From contig OZ024759.1 in the NCBI GenBank assembly GCA_964016885.1, positions 13,888,001 to 13,952,000 of the forward strand: a DNA stretch of 64,000 nt. The letters run 5' to 3'. The translations under genes and the position numbers were made by a program. Of this stretch, positions 41,490 through 56,496 are shown piece by piece. Numbering within the stretch: position 1 is the stretch's first letter; every line of letters starts with the position of its first letter. This stretch comes from Eledone cirrhosa. Its lineage: Eukaryota. The notes beneath the pieces were generated by a model. The model saw nothing but the letters and a program-made list of their open reading frames with translations, was not told the DNA's origin and did not search any database.

Positions 41490-44362
41490 GCACATGCATA
41501 TGTGTGTGTGAGGATATATATATACATGCCTGACAAGAAAACATACACATATATATACACACATATACAAATACCTGGGACAAAAACAACAACACATTAG
41601 CACACCCACACTACTCCATATAACAACACAACTATGGTGGTTGTGAGACTGTATAGTGGTTGTGAGACTGTATGGTGAGTTGTGAGACTGTATGGTGGTT
41701 GTGAGACTGTATGCTGGTTGTGAGACTGTATGGTGGGTTGTGAGACTGTATGGTGGGTTGTGAGACTGTATGGTGGTTGTGAGACTGTATGCTGGTTGTG
41801 AGACTGTATGGTGGGTTGTGAGACTGTATGGTGGGTTGTGAGACTGTATGGTGGGTTGTGAGACTGTATAGTGGTTGTGAGACTGTATGGTGGGTTGTGA
41901 GACTGTATGGTGGTTGTGAGACTGTTTGCTGGTTGTGAGACTGTATGGTGGGTTGTGAGACTGTATAGTGGTTGTGAGACTGTATGGTGGTTGTGAGACT
42001 GTATGCTGGTTGTGAGACTGTATGGTGGTTAAGAGACTATGGCAGTTGTGAGACTGTATGGTGGTTGTGAGACTATATGGTGGTTGTGAGATTATATGGT
42101 GGTTGTGAGACTGTATGGCTGCAGTTGTGAAACTGTATAGTGGTTGTCGGTGTGTAGTAGTTGTGGGACAATTGAAAACTTGCTCAACCAATCAACATAA
42201 AGCAACAAAAACGGTGTGTAATGTAGTCCGAGGTGGACGGTGTCTGAATCACAGGCGTACTTGATCAGTGTTGGAAAGGTGTGAAACAATAAGCAGAATC
42301 ACAACAACAACAATAACCACAAGAACAACAACAACAACAACAACAACATGCTGGTGATATAAAGAAAGAAAGAAAGTAGTATGGATTAGAGCTGGAATTA
42401 CCTCCCCAAGGTCTTGCAGCATGTTGATTCTCTCTCTTTCTTCTTCGATGAACAGTTTCCTGGAAAGATAATCATGTGATAGATCACCATCATCATCACA
42501 ATCATCACCATCATCATCATCACCATCACCACCACCACCACCATCACCACCATCACCACAATCATCACCATCATCATTGCCAATAACCACATCATTGCCA
42601 TCATCATCATCCCCTATCACTATCATCACCACCATCACCATCACTACTACTATCATCACCACCTTCATCATCATCATCACCATCACTACCACTATCATAA
42701 TCACCATCACTACTACCATCACCACCATCAACATCACCATCACTACCACTATCATCATCACCATTCCTCCCATCATCACCACCATCATCATCACAATCAC
42801 TACCATCATCATCACTACCACCATTATTGCAATCATCATCATCATCATCATCATCACCATCACTACCACTACCACCATCACCATCACCACCATCACTACC
42901 ACTATCATATCATTATTGAATATCTGTTTTTCCTGTAACCAAGGGTTGGTTATGCCCTCTCTGAGGATCTGGGGACTACATCTCACTTACATACATTCCT
43001 TGGACTCTACAGGGTTCAGTTGATACAAGGCAGTGCCCTAGTATGGCCACAGTCAACTGACTGAAACCAGCAAAACATTGAAAAAATATCATCATCATCA
43101 TCATTATTATTACTAGCAGAAAAACCACCCTTTCGGTGGTTTTCTGCTAGCATGTGTAGTGTGTATATTGATATTATACGCAAGTATATATACATGTAGA
43201 TATGATACATCAAATAAAATCGTAATTGACAATATACACAGAAATTGAAGAGAGACTGTGTTACACTGTCTTATGTAATCAGTAGCGTAATCCATGATAC
43301 ATAAAAAAAAACGATATTGTATATAAACTGCATTAGGAGAAAATTAGTGACAGAAAATTAATGTTTATTTAAGCGATCGCCACCGGAAGTGTTGGCATTT
43401 GAAAATTTTAAAGAAGTGAATTTTAAAGAAATGATTCTATGTACTATACATGCACCTTTGATGAGTTGTAGTGCACCTGAGCACTGTACACAATAATTTC
43501 ATTATTATTATTATTATAAACAAAATATATTTAATCAACAGCCACGAAATTTAGTAGATAAATTATATAATATTCATTCATTATTTATTTAAAGTAATCC
43601 AACTTATTTTACTAATGGGTTAAAAAATTATAAAGCGCACGCAGTCCCGCACTTCTTACTTTATTATAGTTTAGATTTTAGGTCTGTATTCTGCAGCATG
43701 TGCTGGATGTGTTGTCACAGTCGGATAACCACATGTTACTTACTCATATGTTCTATATTTTCTTAAGGATGCTCTTCCTAACACTAACCCTTTTCTAACA
43801 CTAGCCCCTTCCTAACAGTCACCCCTTCATAACACCTCCCTTCTTAATGCCCCCTCCCATACACTTCTCAAAACCAACACCATTTCCTAATACATCCCCT
43901 CCATTTCTAATAACCCCCTCTCACACACTTCCTAAAACCTACCAGTTAAGGTCTGCACCCCTTCCTAAAACCAACCAGTTAAGGTCTCAACCCCTTCCTA
44001 AAAATTCCTTTCTTAATGCCCCCTCCCACACACTTCCTAAAACTCACCAGTTAGGGTCTGCACCCCTTCCTAACGACTCTCACACACTTCCTAAAACCCA
44101 CCATTTAAGGTCTCTACCCCATCCTAACACCACCTCCACTCCTATCCACTTACAGTAGCTGGAGCGGGAGAGTGTAGTTCCACTTAAACTCTGCCATCAC
44201 TTCTTGGACAAACAACTGCATCCTTGCTTTGTTGGTATCAAAGCGAAACGTCTTTTTGATGGGGTTAGAAAACATCATTTTTAAATTGCCCAAACCACGG
44301 TTCTGTAGCTTATCTCCGTAACTGACAACAGAATCCTGCAAATAAACAAGAAACAAAATAAA

Positions 44363-44408
<46 letters not shown>

Positions 44409-47400
44409 TACAGAAGGAATGCTAATGGCTGCGCAAGAGCAGGCCCTCAAAACGAAGTGGTTGAAACACCATATTTACAAGGAGGAGGCTAGCCCACTGT
44501 GCAGGATCTGTGGAGAGAGAGAGGAGACTGTGGCTCACATTGTATCCGAGTGTAAACACCTAGCCCAGACTCACTATAAAGGCTGGAGACATGATGTGAT
44601 GGGCAGGGTGATCCACTGGCACCTATGCAAAGTAAACAATTTACCATATTCTGAGAAGTGGTATGAGCATAAGCCAGAGTCGGTGATAGAAAACGATCAC
44701 GTGAAGGTGCTGTGGGATTTTAGGATACAGACAGACAAGAAACTGGAACACAATAGACCTGACCTGGTGGTTTTGGACAAGGAAAAAAGATTGTGCCTGA
44801 TTGTGGATGTGGCCTGCCCATTCGACACGAGAGTGCAAGAGAAGGAGAGGGAGAAAATTAACCGATACCAGGACTTAAAGTGGGAGGTAAAAAGGATTTG
44901 GAACTGCCATGAAGTCAAAGTGGTCCCGATTGTGATAGGCGCACTAGGTACTATCTCAAAAAGTTTCCAGGGATGGTTAAAGAAAATTGGCCCCGCCACG
45001 CTTTTTGGAACGCTTCAAAAGGCATGCTGGCTGGGAACAGCAAGAACCCTCCGATACGTCCTGAATATCTGAGGCTGCAGGTAGTGGCTTGATATTCATT
45101 TCAACAAACTTTCCAGTTAACTAACATCAATGACTGAGACTCAAAGAACAATAATAATAATAATAATGGTTTCTTATATAGGCACAAGGTCAGTAATTTG
45201 GGGGGAGGGGAAAGTCGATTAAATCGACTCCAGTGCGTGACTGGTACTTTATTTTATCGACCCCATAAGGATGAAAGGCAAAGTTAACCTCGGCGGGATT
45301 TGAACTCAGATCATAAAGGTCCGTAACTCTATGCCGCAAAGCATGGCGTCTGACACTCTACCGCCCTTACAATAATACAATAATAGTGATCATACAATAA
45401 TAATTGTTTCTACTTTTGGTACAAGACCAGCAATTATCCCAGTGTATTACTGGTACTTTATTTTATCGACCCCGTAAGGATGAATGAAAGGCAAAGTTAA
45501 CCTCGGTATGCATGGTATGGCCCCCATAACTCCAGAGGGAGTTGTAAAGATGCCACATTGACATACAGTATTTCTGGGACATTTTAAAACCTAGCAGAGC
45601 CCATCTCACTCTCTTGGTCTGAATACAACAGATTTCCTTCAGAGAAAGACAGAGAGTGAGAGAGAGGAAATGAGAAAGAAATATAGAGGAAAAATTGACC
45701 CCAGAACAAGTCTGGTATTTTTTTTATTGACCTTGAATAGGTGAAAGGCAAAGTTGACCTTGGCGGGATTTGAACACAAAGAGCAGAGAGTTAAATACCA
45801 CAAAGCATTCTATGTGACATTCTAATGACCGTCAAGTCACTGACTACTAACAGACATTAAATGGTGATGATAATGGTGATGGTGATGGTGATGATAATGG
45901 TGATGAAGGTGATGATAATGGTGATGATGAAGATAATGATAATGGTGATGATAATAATTGTTTCTACTTTTGGCACAAGGCCAACAATTACCCAGTGCAT
46001 TACTGGTACTTTATTTTATCGACCCCATAAGGATGAAAGGCAAAGCTAACCTCGGCGGAATTTGAACTCAGAATAGCAAGGGCCGTAACTCTATGCATCA
46101 AAGCATGGCGTCCGACCCTCTACCGACACTGCCAATAATGATGATGATGATACAATGATGATAATTGTGAAAATAATGGTGATGATGATGACCATGCTGA
46201 TGATGATGATGAATGTATGTATGTTGTTACAGCTCACAGCTATGTAGGTTTAACTGGCCTTCTAGAAGGTTGCATCTCATAGAAGGTTCCTCAGGTGTTT
46301 TAATTATAGGGAGCCCCATTGGGAGTTCCTCAGGTTTTTTAATGATAGGGAGCCCTATTGGGAGTTCCTCAGGTGGTTTAATGATAGGGACCCCTATTGG
46401 GAGTTCCTCAGGTGGTTTAATGATAGGGACCCCTATTGGGAGTTCCTCAGGTGGTTTAATGATAGGGAGCCTTATTGGGAGTTCCTCAGGTGTTTTAATG
46501 ATAGGGAGCCCTATTGGGAGTTCCTCAGGTGTTTTAATGATAGGGAGCCCTATTGGGAGTTCCTCAGGTGGTTTAATGATAGGGAGCCCTATTGGGAGTT
46601 CCTCATGTGGTTTAATGACAGGGAGCCCTATTGGGAGTTCCTCCGGTGGTTTAATGATAGGGAGCCCTATCGGGAGTTCCTCAGGTGTTTTAATGATAGG
46701 GAGCCTTATTGGGAGTTCCTCAGGTGTTTTAATGATAGGGAACCCTATTGGGAGTTCCTCAGGTGTTTTAATGACAGGGAGCCCTATTGGGAGTTCCTCA
46801 GGTGGTTTAATGATAGGGAGCCCTATTGGGATTTCCTCGGGTGTTTTAATTATAGGGAGCCTCATTGGGAGTTTTCAGGTGGTTTGATTATAGTGAACCC
46901 CATTCATTTGATGAAAAGTCATTGAACCCAGAACCTTATGATTGTGAGTCAAACAGCCTAACCAGAAGGCTACACAACTTCACAAAATAATGGAATAATA
47001 GAATATAGGAATGAGAAGAATGATAGTAGATAAATACCCTAGAAGTATCTTCAATAAGAATGGACTCATCGTGGACCCAAGCAGTAATCTGTATTTGACC
47101 AGCAGGAGAAGAATCAGGAGACCTAGAGAAGAAATATTTGTAAATATATAATACAATTCATTTCCAACATAAATAGTGAAAGAGTTATAGTGTTTAGTGA
47201 CCACTATAGAAAATGAATGGTTTGGCCATTTTACTATTTTATTTACTCCAATTTAGAAATAGTATCAGAAGGCGATAGGCTGCGTTTAATGTCAATTGGA
47301 TTGGAACAACAAGATATAGTCAAAGTATTTTTGAACATAATATTTATTGTGTGAACGTATTCTTCAAGTGTGTTTGCAGATGTCATCAAAGAAATACATA

Positions 47401-50400
47401 TTTGTGTGACAAAGATTACAAAGTGTATGCATATAATACTAGATTACCTTGGTAAGTTGTCGAGAGTTTATAGACGTCATATTTTCCGTACCAAGATTAA
47501 CCTAGACATTTGTTGGGTTATAGTCGGACCCAAGTCGAATTGGTGAGGACAACAGAATTTAAGGTGTTCTCATTTGAGAACAATCTGTTGAACTCTAGAG
47601 ATAAGAGTTATGACGTAATACATTAGACATTGATTGATATGTTGAACTGGCTTGCGATTGGTCAGTTTCTCAGTAAGGTCAGTTAGTACAATAGCAGTCA
47701 GTTTCCAAGAATTCAAGGGGAAATTTACTGCTTACTACAGAGTCACTCGCTGGGAAGAAAAAACTTAACAACCTCCCATCAGTAACAACAATAGAGCTAA
47801 AGGAGAGCGAAGTACTGCCCCCTGGAGCAGATACAAACTATGCAGTGTGGAAATGCCTCACCAATTAAGATCTGGTATTGGTTGTGCAAAAGCCAATCTC
47901 GCAAAATGGGGATATTTAAAGGATGAGGACGTTGTGTGTGAAGCAGTATCAAACCACAGACTATGCAGCACCTCCTGATATGCCCCCTGTTGGAACACCC
48001 CTGCTCAGCATTGGACTTGGCAGAGTTTAATGAGAAAGGACAGCAATGTGTTCAGCTGTGGCGGAACCACATCTAGCCAAGCTTTGTAACTGACACTCTT
48101 GTGGACACGATAAGGAGAAGATTTCCAACATAGGCATATGGGGAGGGGGGGGACAGTCGATTGTATCACCTTTCCCCCAATACATGACTGGTACTTTATC
48201 ACCAGGAAGGATGAAAAGCAAAGTTGATCCGTAGTGGGATTTGAACTCAGAAAGTAAAACACCAAAAGAAATACTGCAAGGCCTTTATAGTCAACTACTT
48301 TAACACTTCTAACAATATAACAATGTCGGGTTCACAACAATAAATATAACTTGTGGAGTTCACAACAATAAATATAACATGTGGTGTTCACAACTATAAA
48401 TATAACATGTGGTGTTCACAACTATAAATATAACTTGTGGGGTTCACAACAATAAATATAACATGTGGAGTTCATAACAATAAATATAACGTGGTGTTCA
48501 CAACTATAAATATAACATGTGGTGTTCACAACAATAGATATAACATGTGGAGTTCACAAACACATGGTGTCAGGTTTAGTCCCACTGACAGTGTGTTCAT
48601 CTACAGCTTCCGCTTGACTTCATCATCTTCACCGTTTATCATCTATTTTCCATGCTAGCATGGGCTAGACGAGTTGTCTCGTTGTGAGACAAGCCAGGTC
48701 AGATGACCATGTCTTACTCAGACAGAACTGTTTCTGACTTGGTTTCTACAGCTTGATGCCCTTCTTAACACCAACCACATTTACAGCATGTACAGGGTGC
48801 TTTTTGTGGCATAAACACGACCACATTACAGGGTGGACAGGGTGCTTTTTGTCATGTCACCAACATGACTAACTAACAGGTTATGAATGGAATTTGGAAG
48901 ATAGACTCTGCTGAAACACATCATATGCGTATGTATATGTGTGTGTCTATGTTATATAACTTAGCAGTCTGACAAAAAAGAGATTGATAAAATATGTACC
49001 TAGGCTTGAAGAAATAAGTACTGGAGTTGATATGATTGATACAATTTCTGAATGACTGAATGAGCCAGAAGTGAGAGCTTAGTGTGAACCAATGTACTTG
49101 TCCATCCTTAAAGATACCACTGCCAAACATCAAGGTATTCTCTCTAGCTGAACACCCCAGTTTTGAAATAATGATTCTTTAAATCCTGGATAATGCCATG
49201 TCTGGTATTGAAATAACATTTATTTAAACCACTTCACTCTGTTTTCACAGAAACATTAGATAACGCTATGTCTAGTACAACATTGAAATGTTTTTTTAAA
49301 TAAGGCTACAAATCTGGACAGAGAGGGGAGGTAGAATAGTTGATTCAATTGCCCCCTTGCCCCCACACTCACACTTGATACTTTAAAGATATGAAAGCAA
49401 TTGAAGTGTTCATGTTGGAAGAGAGAGAGAGGTAGAACTTACATTAATGTTAAATGTAACTTTTTATCAGGTTTTGCAAGCAGAGACTTCAGATCAAACA
49501 TAACATAACCCAACTGTGACATCTGGAATGGATTAAAGGGTTGAAAGATTAAAGGATTACAGGGCTGAAGGATTGAAAGATTACAGGATCGAAAGATTAA
49601 AGGATTACAAGGCTGAAGGATTGAAAGATTAAAGGATTACAGGACTAAATGATTGAAAAATTAAAGGATTACAGGGCTGAAGGATTGAAAGATTACAGGA
49701 TTACAGGACTAAAGGATTGAAAGATTACAGGGTTGAAAGATTAAAGGATTACAGGACTAAAGGATTGAAAGATTACAGGGTCAAGAGATTAGAGGGATTG
49801 GGGGATTAAAATATTGAGGAATTGAAGTGTATTGAGAGGCTAATAGATTAAGAGATTAAAGGATTGAAAGGTTTAAGAGATTAATGGATTAAGAGGTTAA
49901 TGGATTAAGAGATTGAGAAAGAGAGAGTAAAGAAACATTCACTAAAGAGTATTGTCTTCTCATTAATGACAGACTGGAGAGAGAGAGTAAAAACTTACAG
50001 TATTGGTCATCCTCTCGTTAACATGATAGACTGTAAACTTGACTCTGGTCTTCAGTCTGATGTTGGCACCAAAACCAATTGTCTTCAGGAACTGTGGGTC
50101 ATTGTTTCTCTGTGGAGGAGAGAGAGAGTGGAGTGAGAGAGAGAGTGGAGAGAGGTGATGGTGATAATGGTGGTAACACCAACAACAACACCAACAGTAA
50201 CAACACCAACAACAGTATCAACAATAACAACTGTAACAACAGTAACAACAATAACAATAACAACAACAGCAACAACAGTAACAACAATAGCAACAACACT
50301 GACAATAACAACAGTAACAACAACAACGACAATAACACCAGTAACAACAATAACACCAACAATAACACCAACAATAACAATAGTAACAGCAATAACAACA

Positions 50401-50763
50401 ACTGTAATAACAACAGTAGCAACAACACCAACAGTAACAACTGTAACAATAACAGCAGTAGCAACAACAATAACAACAGTAACAACAACGATAACAACAG
50501 TAACAACAACAGCAAGATAGTTAAACTAGTGTAGCTACCTCAATGATTTCAGTGTGACTATTTAATGTCCAGCTTTGTTGTGGTGGTGTGATGGTGGTGA
50601 TCATGACAAACGGGTTGGGAGGCTGCCCAGTGCGATCGTTAGGTAAATCTTTAGCAGCTGGAGATAGAAAAGCAAACACAGAGAAACATTTATGAATAGC
50701 AGAGCGTGTGTGCATGTGTGTATATACACGTGTGTGTGTGTACACGTGTGTGTGTGTGTGTGC

Positions 50764-50803
<40 letters not shown>

Positions 50804-53800
50804 ACATTCAGTAGATATGTGGTGTACTGAGGAAAGAACCAATATTAGGATTCAATGCTAAGCATATACACACACACACACATACAAACACATATATCTC
50901 TCTTATTGCTAAACTCCGCCTGTTGCAGACTGTGCATCAACATGAGATATTTTTCTCCACAAAGTTCGATCAACCACAGCAGAGTTTAAAGAGCAAAGAT
51001 TAAGTCCAGTCCATAAGTTGACATTATCAAGCCATATATATATATGTATGTATATACACATATATATATATGTATTTTAATGTCTATCTTCCACGCTAGC
51101 ATGGGTTATACAGGTTTGTCCCATTTAAAGGCAAGTTAGGTCGGGTGACCATGTCGCGTTCATACAGGACTGTTTCTGGCTGGTTTTCTACAGCTGGATG
51201 CCCTTCCTAACACCAACCACATTTACAGTGTGGGCTGGGTGCTTTTTGTCGTGACACCTACATGACCACTTTACAGTGTGGGCTGGATGGTTTTTGTCGT
51301 GACACCTACACAACCACTTTACAGTGTGGTCTGGGTGCTTTTTGTCCTGACACCTACACAACCACTTTACAGTGTGGTCTGGGTGCTTTTTGTCCTGACA
51401 CCTACACAACCACTTTACAGTCTGGTCTGGGTTCTTTTTGTCGTGACACCTACACGTCCACTTTACAGTGTGGTCTGGATGCTTTTTGTTGTGACACTTA
51501 CATGACAACTTTTTGGTGGGAGGCTGGTGTTAATAGAAGTGAGTGGGTGGGTGTAGATGAATGTATAGAAGGTGATATAGTGGTTAGGAGGTACCTACAA
51601 GATGTATACTTGAGTCTGTGAACATGGCAAAGTGGGTCTTCTGTATTACTGCATAATGCCAAAGATCTCAATCCTGTGTCATTGACTTTGAGTGGTACAA
51701 TTGTGCAAGGTCAGCTTTTATCACCTCGTTACAGGTCTTCCTGGAAGTTTCTACTCCATAGCTTCTATTAACTTTGATCGCCCTGCAACTTTTTATACAG
51801 CTGAAAACTGACAGACTTCTTCTGTATGTGTATAGTGTAACTGTGGTATATAGTGTAACTGTATATTCATCATTTAACATCTACTTAGCAAATGTTGGAC
51901 AAGTCTTCAAAGACTGAGTGACTACTGAAATGAGTCTCCTGGCCTCTCAGATGGGCTGGGAGTCTGCATCTCACTTTCATGAGGTCCCTCACTCTACCAA
52001 GTACATTTTATTGTGGCACCAGCACTTGGGAGGTAATCATATCTTTCACATGTTTTCACCCACTAATTCCTGAGAGGGATGTGGGAACAAGTCCTCAAAC
52101 ACTACTTCCAGTGGGTCCTGTCAGAAACAACTGTCTCAAACTGATCTGGCTAGATCCCAAAGCGAGACTAACCGAGCTCATGGATGTTATCCAACCATCT
52201 TGCTTGGTGTCTACCTCTGGGTCTCCTGCTAGTTGGTTTTTAAGTACCTGCAGAAAAAGGGTTTAATCCATAAGGACATTTATGCTGAGACGGTTGCTAC
52301 ATAACGGGATGACACTCCAGCTTTATCAATAGTGCAAAAGTGAGCAGCTGAATTTAGGAGGGGAATGGAGAGTCTTGAAGTTTGAACATCCTGCAACTGC
52401 CACCACTGAGGAAAACATTGATCGTGTTCACCACTTAAAGATGGGTGACTGGTGATGGACTCTAAATCAAATAGCCAATGCTATTAGCATATCCAATGAG
52501 AGAGTTGAGAATATTGGCATAACAAAGGTTTCTGCTCGGTGAGTGCCATGTCTTCTGACACCTGAACAAAAACGCATCAGGCTGATCACTTCACAGGAAA
52601 ATCTGACATTGTTTGAGGCAGATCCAGCTGCTTTCCATGAATATTTCTTAGCCCAAGATGATTGTTGTGTTCATCACCTTGAGCCAAAGACAAAGAGACA
52701 ATCCATGCAGTGAAAATACCCTCTTTCATATGCTCCAAAGAAGGCCAAGGTTCTTTCATCTGCAGGGAAGGTGATGGTCTCAGTTTCTTGATATTCAAAA
52801 GGCATAGCAGTTATTGATGTCTATCTTCAAAAGGGCCACATCATCAATAGAAAGTACTATGCTAATTTGCTGAGGCAGTTACCAAAGTCTATGAAGACCA
52901 AATGCCCAGGAAAACTGATGAAAGTGGGCTTGTTTCATTAGGACAATTCTCCAGCACACAAATCCTTAGTTTCAATGGCTACTGTGTGTGACTATGGCTT
53001 TGAACTGGTTAACCACCCACCCTATTCTCCTGAGTTTGCCCCATCTTATTATCATCTGTTCCCTAACATGAAAAAAGACACTTAGCTGGGAACCAGTATC
53101 ACAGTGATGATGACGTCATATCTGTTGTTGATGACTTATTTTGACCAATGGGATTGAAGCACTGCAATACCAATGGAAGAAGTGCTTGGATCGCAACGGT
53201 GACTATGTTGAAAAATAAACCTCTTTTGTTGCATTCCATGAGTATCTTAGTCAACCTATGAACTTTTCAGCTGACCTTTGTATATATGTGTGTGTGTTTG
53301 TGATTGTATGTATACATGTGTATGTATATGCATATGTGTATGAGTGTGATGCAGCATGGCCATATATGGCAAAGTATAATAGAGGTGTGACTTTATACTC
53401 AAATGTATACACAGTAATTTCTATCATATATGTATGAGGTGTGACTTTATACACAAATATATACAGAGTCATTTCTGTCATATATATATATATATATGAG
53501 GTGTGACTTTATACACAAATATATACACAGTAATTTCTGTCATATATATATGAGGTGTGACTTTATACACAAATATATACACAGTAATATCTATTATATA
53601 TGTATGAAGTGTGACTTATACACAAATATATACACAGTAATTTCTGTCATATATATATGAGGTGTGACTTTATACACAAATATATACACAGTAATTTCTA
53701 TCATATATGTATGAGGTGTGACTTTATACACAAATTTATACACAGCAATTTCTATAATATATGTATGAGGTGTGACTTTATACATAAATATATACACAGT

Positions 53801-56463
53801 AATTTCTGTTATATATGTATGAGGTGTGGCTTTATACACAAATATATACACAGTAATTTCTATCATATATGTATGAGGTGTGGCTTTATACACTTATTAT
53901 TAGTCTTCGTCCACTTATTCCAGAGAGGGTTGCGGGGGTAGAGTCCTCAAGTGGGTCCTGTCAGAAGCAACTGTCTCCAACTGATCCAGCTGGATCCCTA
54001 AGTGAGACCAGCCAAGCACATGGATGTTATCCAACTATATTGCTTGGTGTCGACCCCTTGGTCTCCCGCCGGTTGGTTTTTGCCCATAAAATCTGTCCAG
54101 CAATTCTTTCCTGAGACATTATAACCACATGCCCATAGTATCAGAGCTGTGATCTCTCAATTCAGAGAAGTAGCGGCTCTACCTGGAATGACTCTCTGAT
54201 CTCTGAGCTACACATTTGGAGGAACCCCCATTTCAGCTGCTTGCATTCGTGATTGTATTCTTTTAGTTATTACCCAAGATTCATGACCATAGGTAAGAGT
54301 TGGCACAAATACTGATTTGAAGATAGTGAGTTTGGCTTTTACACCTATCTCCCTTCTGATAACTCAAACTTCTCTACCTGCTTCAGTGGAACTCTATTCT
54401 TATGTAGAGTGTACTGTGCAAGCTTCCTTGAGAGGACAAGTGTCTCAGTTTTCACAGAACTGATTTTCATTCCAGCCATGCAATACTCAGCATCAAATCT
54501 ATCGAATGCAAATCAAAGATCGCCTTCTGTTGATTTAAGTAACACCAGTCATGAAATAACTTCCAACCCAGTTGCACATGTCAATCCTATTCATGAAAAT
54601 AATGACAGTATGCACCCTTGGTAGGAATCAGGGACAGAGATCAATAATTGATTTTGTTCTTGTCCCTGATCACTTTGATTCTGTACTGGATGTTCATGTT
54701 AAGAGAGTGGCTGAGCAGCCAACTGATCAATATCTAGTTATCTGCAACTTGAGACTACCTAAAGCCAAATAAGCCTACAAAATTGGCAGGTCCAGGTCGA
54801 TGTACAAGATAAAATGGGAAGTGTTGGTGGGTAAGGAAGTCAGGACCAGGTATGTAGATACTATTGCATCCAAATTCAGAGAACTCCCTGAGCAAACTGA
54901 GGATATTGAGACAGAGTGGAGGTTGTTCAGCTCAACAGTTTCTGCTTCAGTTATTTAAATGCTGCAGGTGAAAGAGGCTTGGTGTGGTGTTGGATGGCAG
55001 AAGGACCCCTTGGTTCAATCAAGAGGTCAAATATGCCATCCAAGCAAAGAAGGAGGCTTACAAATCTTGGTTAGGAAATAAGTCCTCCTTCTTGCACTTG
55101 CAGTACAAGCAGGCACGAAGAATTGAAGCAGAGACAGTAAAGGCATCCAAAGTTAAGACATGGGAGGACTTTGAGGTTAAGCTGGAATCCACTTTAGATC
55201 AGCAAATAAAGTGTTCTGGCAGACCATCCGCCGACTTCGTAATAAGAAGCCCTCCTCCACACCTGCTATCAGGAACATGTCTGGAGTTCTCTCTTCAGCG
55301 AGGTGCATCATTGCGAGATGGAGAGAATACTTTGTTGATTGCCTAAACCCAATCACAACAGCATCTTCTGATATACACAAGGTGCATCTGAGAGCGGTGA
55401 CTAATCTCTCAGAGACTGAGGTCACAAGAACAGTTAAAAGCTCAAATGTGGCAAGACCACTGGGGAAGATGGAATCCAGCCTGAGATGTTAAAAGCCTTC
55501 AATAGAGAAGGTATTCTCTGGCTGACTCGTGTGTGCCAGGTGGCCTGGATCTCTGGAAGGCACCTATGTAATGGCAATCAGGAGTGATAATGCCAATTTT
55601 CAAGAGAGATTGTTAAGCTTCCCCGGTGAAGTCTATGCCAAGTGTCTGGCAAAGTGGTGCAAGGAGATTGTTGAGTCCAAGCTAGCAGATGAACAGTGTG
55701 GTTTTCACTCTGGATGCCACACAGCCAACCTAATATTCACACTGCGGCAGGTATTTGAGAAATCATGGGAGCATTGCCAAGAGGTATATTCTTGTTTTGT
55801 AGACCTCAAAAAGGCATATGGTCACATTTCTTGGGATCTGCTGTGGAAGATTCTATAGGAATCAGAGTTCGAAGGTCAGCTTCTTGTTGCCCAAGATTTT
55901 GTGTTTGGATAAATGGTGCTAAATTGAAACTAATGTGGGAGTCAGACTTTAAACACAATATAAATATGTTTTATCACACACACATCATACCAGCAGAAAG
56001 CTTTATTTTTCTGTTGCACGATACAGCCTTTAAAAATGGTACTTTCAATTAAATCGTGCAAAACCATTTTGCCGGTTTGAGGGCTGATGAGGGTGAAGAT
56101 GTGTGTGTGTGTAAACTTGTCTTCTACATCACCTTTATTTATTTCCTTCTTACAGTCACTTTTGTGTGCCAGTTCACTTCTTGTCCTCCTCCTCTTTCAA
56201 CCTTTTCTATATTTTATGTCTGTCATCCACCTTGTGCATTGTCTCTCTGTTGACCACTGGCCGCTGGTCTCTGTCCTCTGAGACATTTTTGTCCATTGCT
56301 GTCTTTGACAGCATTTAGCTGTTTTAACAGCTGTTCTAGCGATGAGTTTTCTCATTTTTATATGTATTCAATATATATATATATATATATATAGTGCAAA
56401 TTTATACGGGAACAAAACAGAGAGGCAGACAAATAAAGGTTTATTAGGTTCACATATATATAC

Positions 56464-56496
<33 letters not shown>

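Noticed and set aside
46213-46925. [13 protein letters not shown] repeat ORF as an INPP4 exon
   Set aside because: It is a 39-bp minisatellite; flanking exons 47038 and 44335 already join in frame and no clear acceptor was seen.
47448-47501. 54-nt AG...GT segment as a cassette exon
   Set aside because: In the required phase 2 it contains a TGA stop and has no similarity to INPP4.
48921-49133. [14 protein letters not shown] as the C2-domain exon
   Set aside because: A better match with canonical splice sites exists at 49443-49522, and the 3' part of this ORF looks like SINE sequence.
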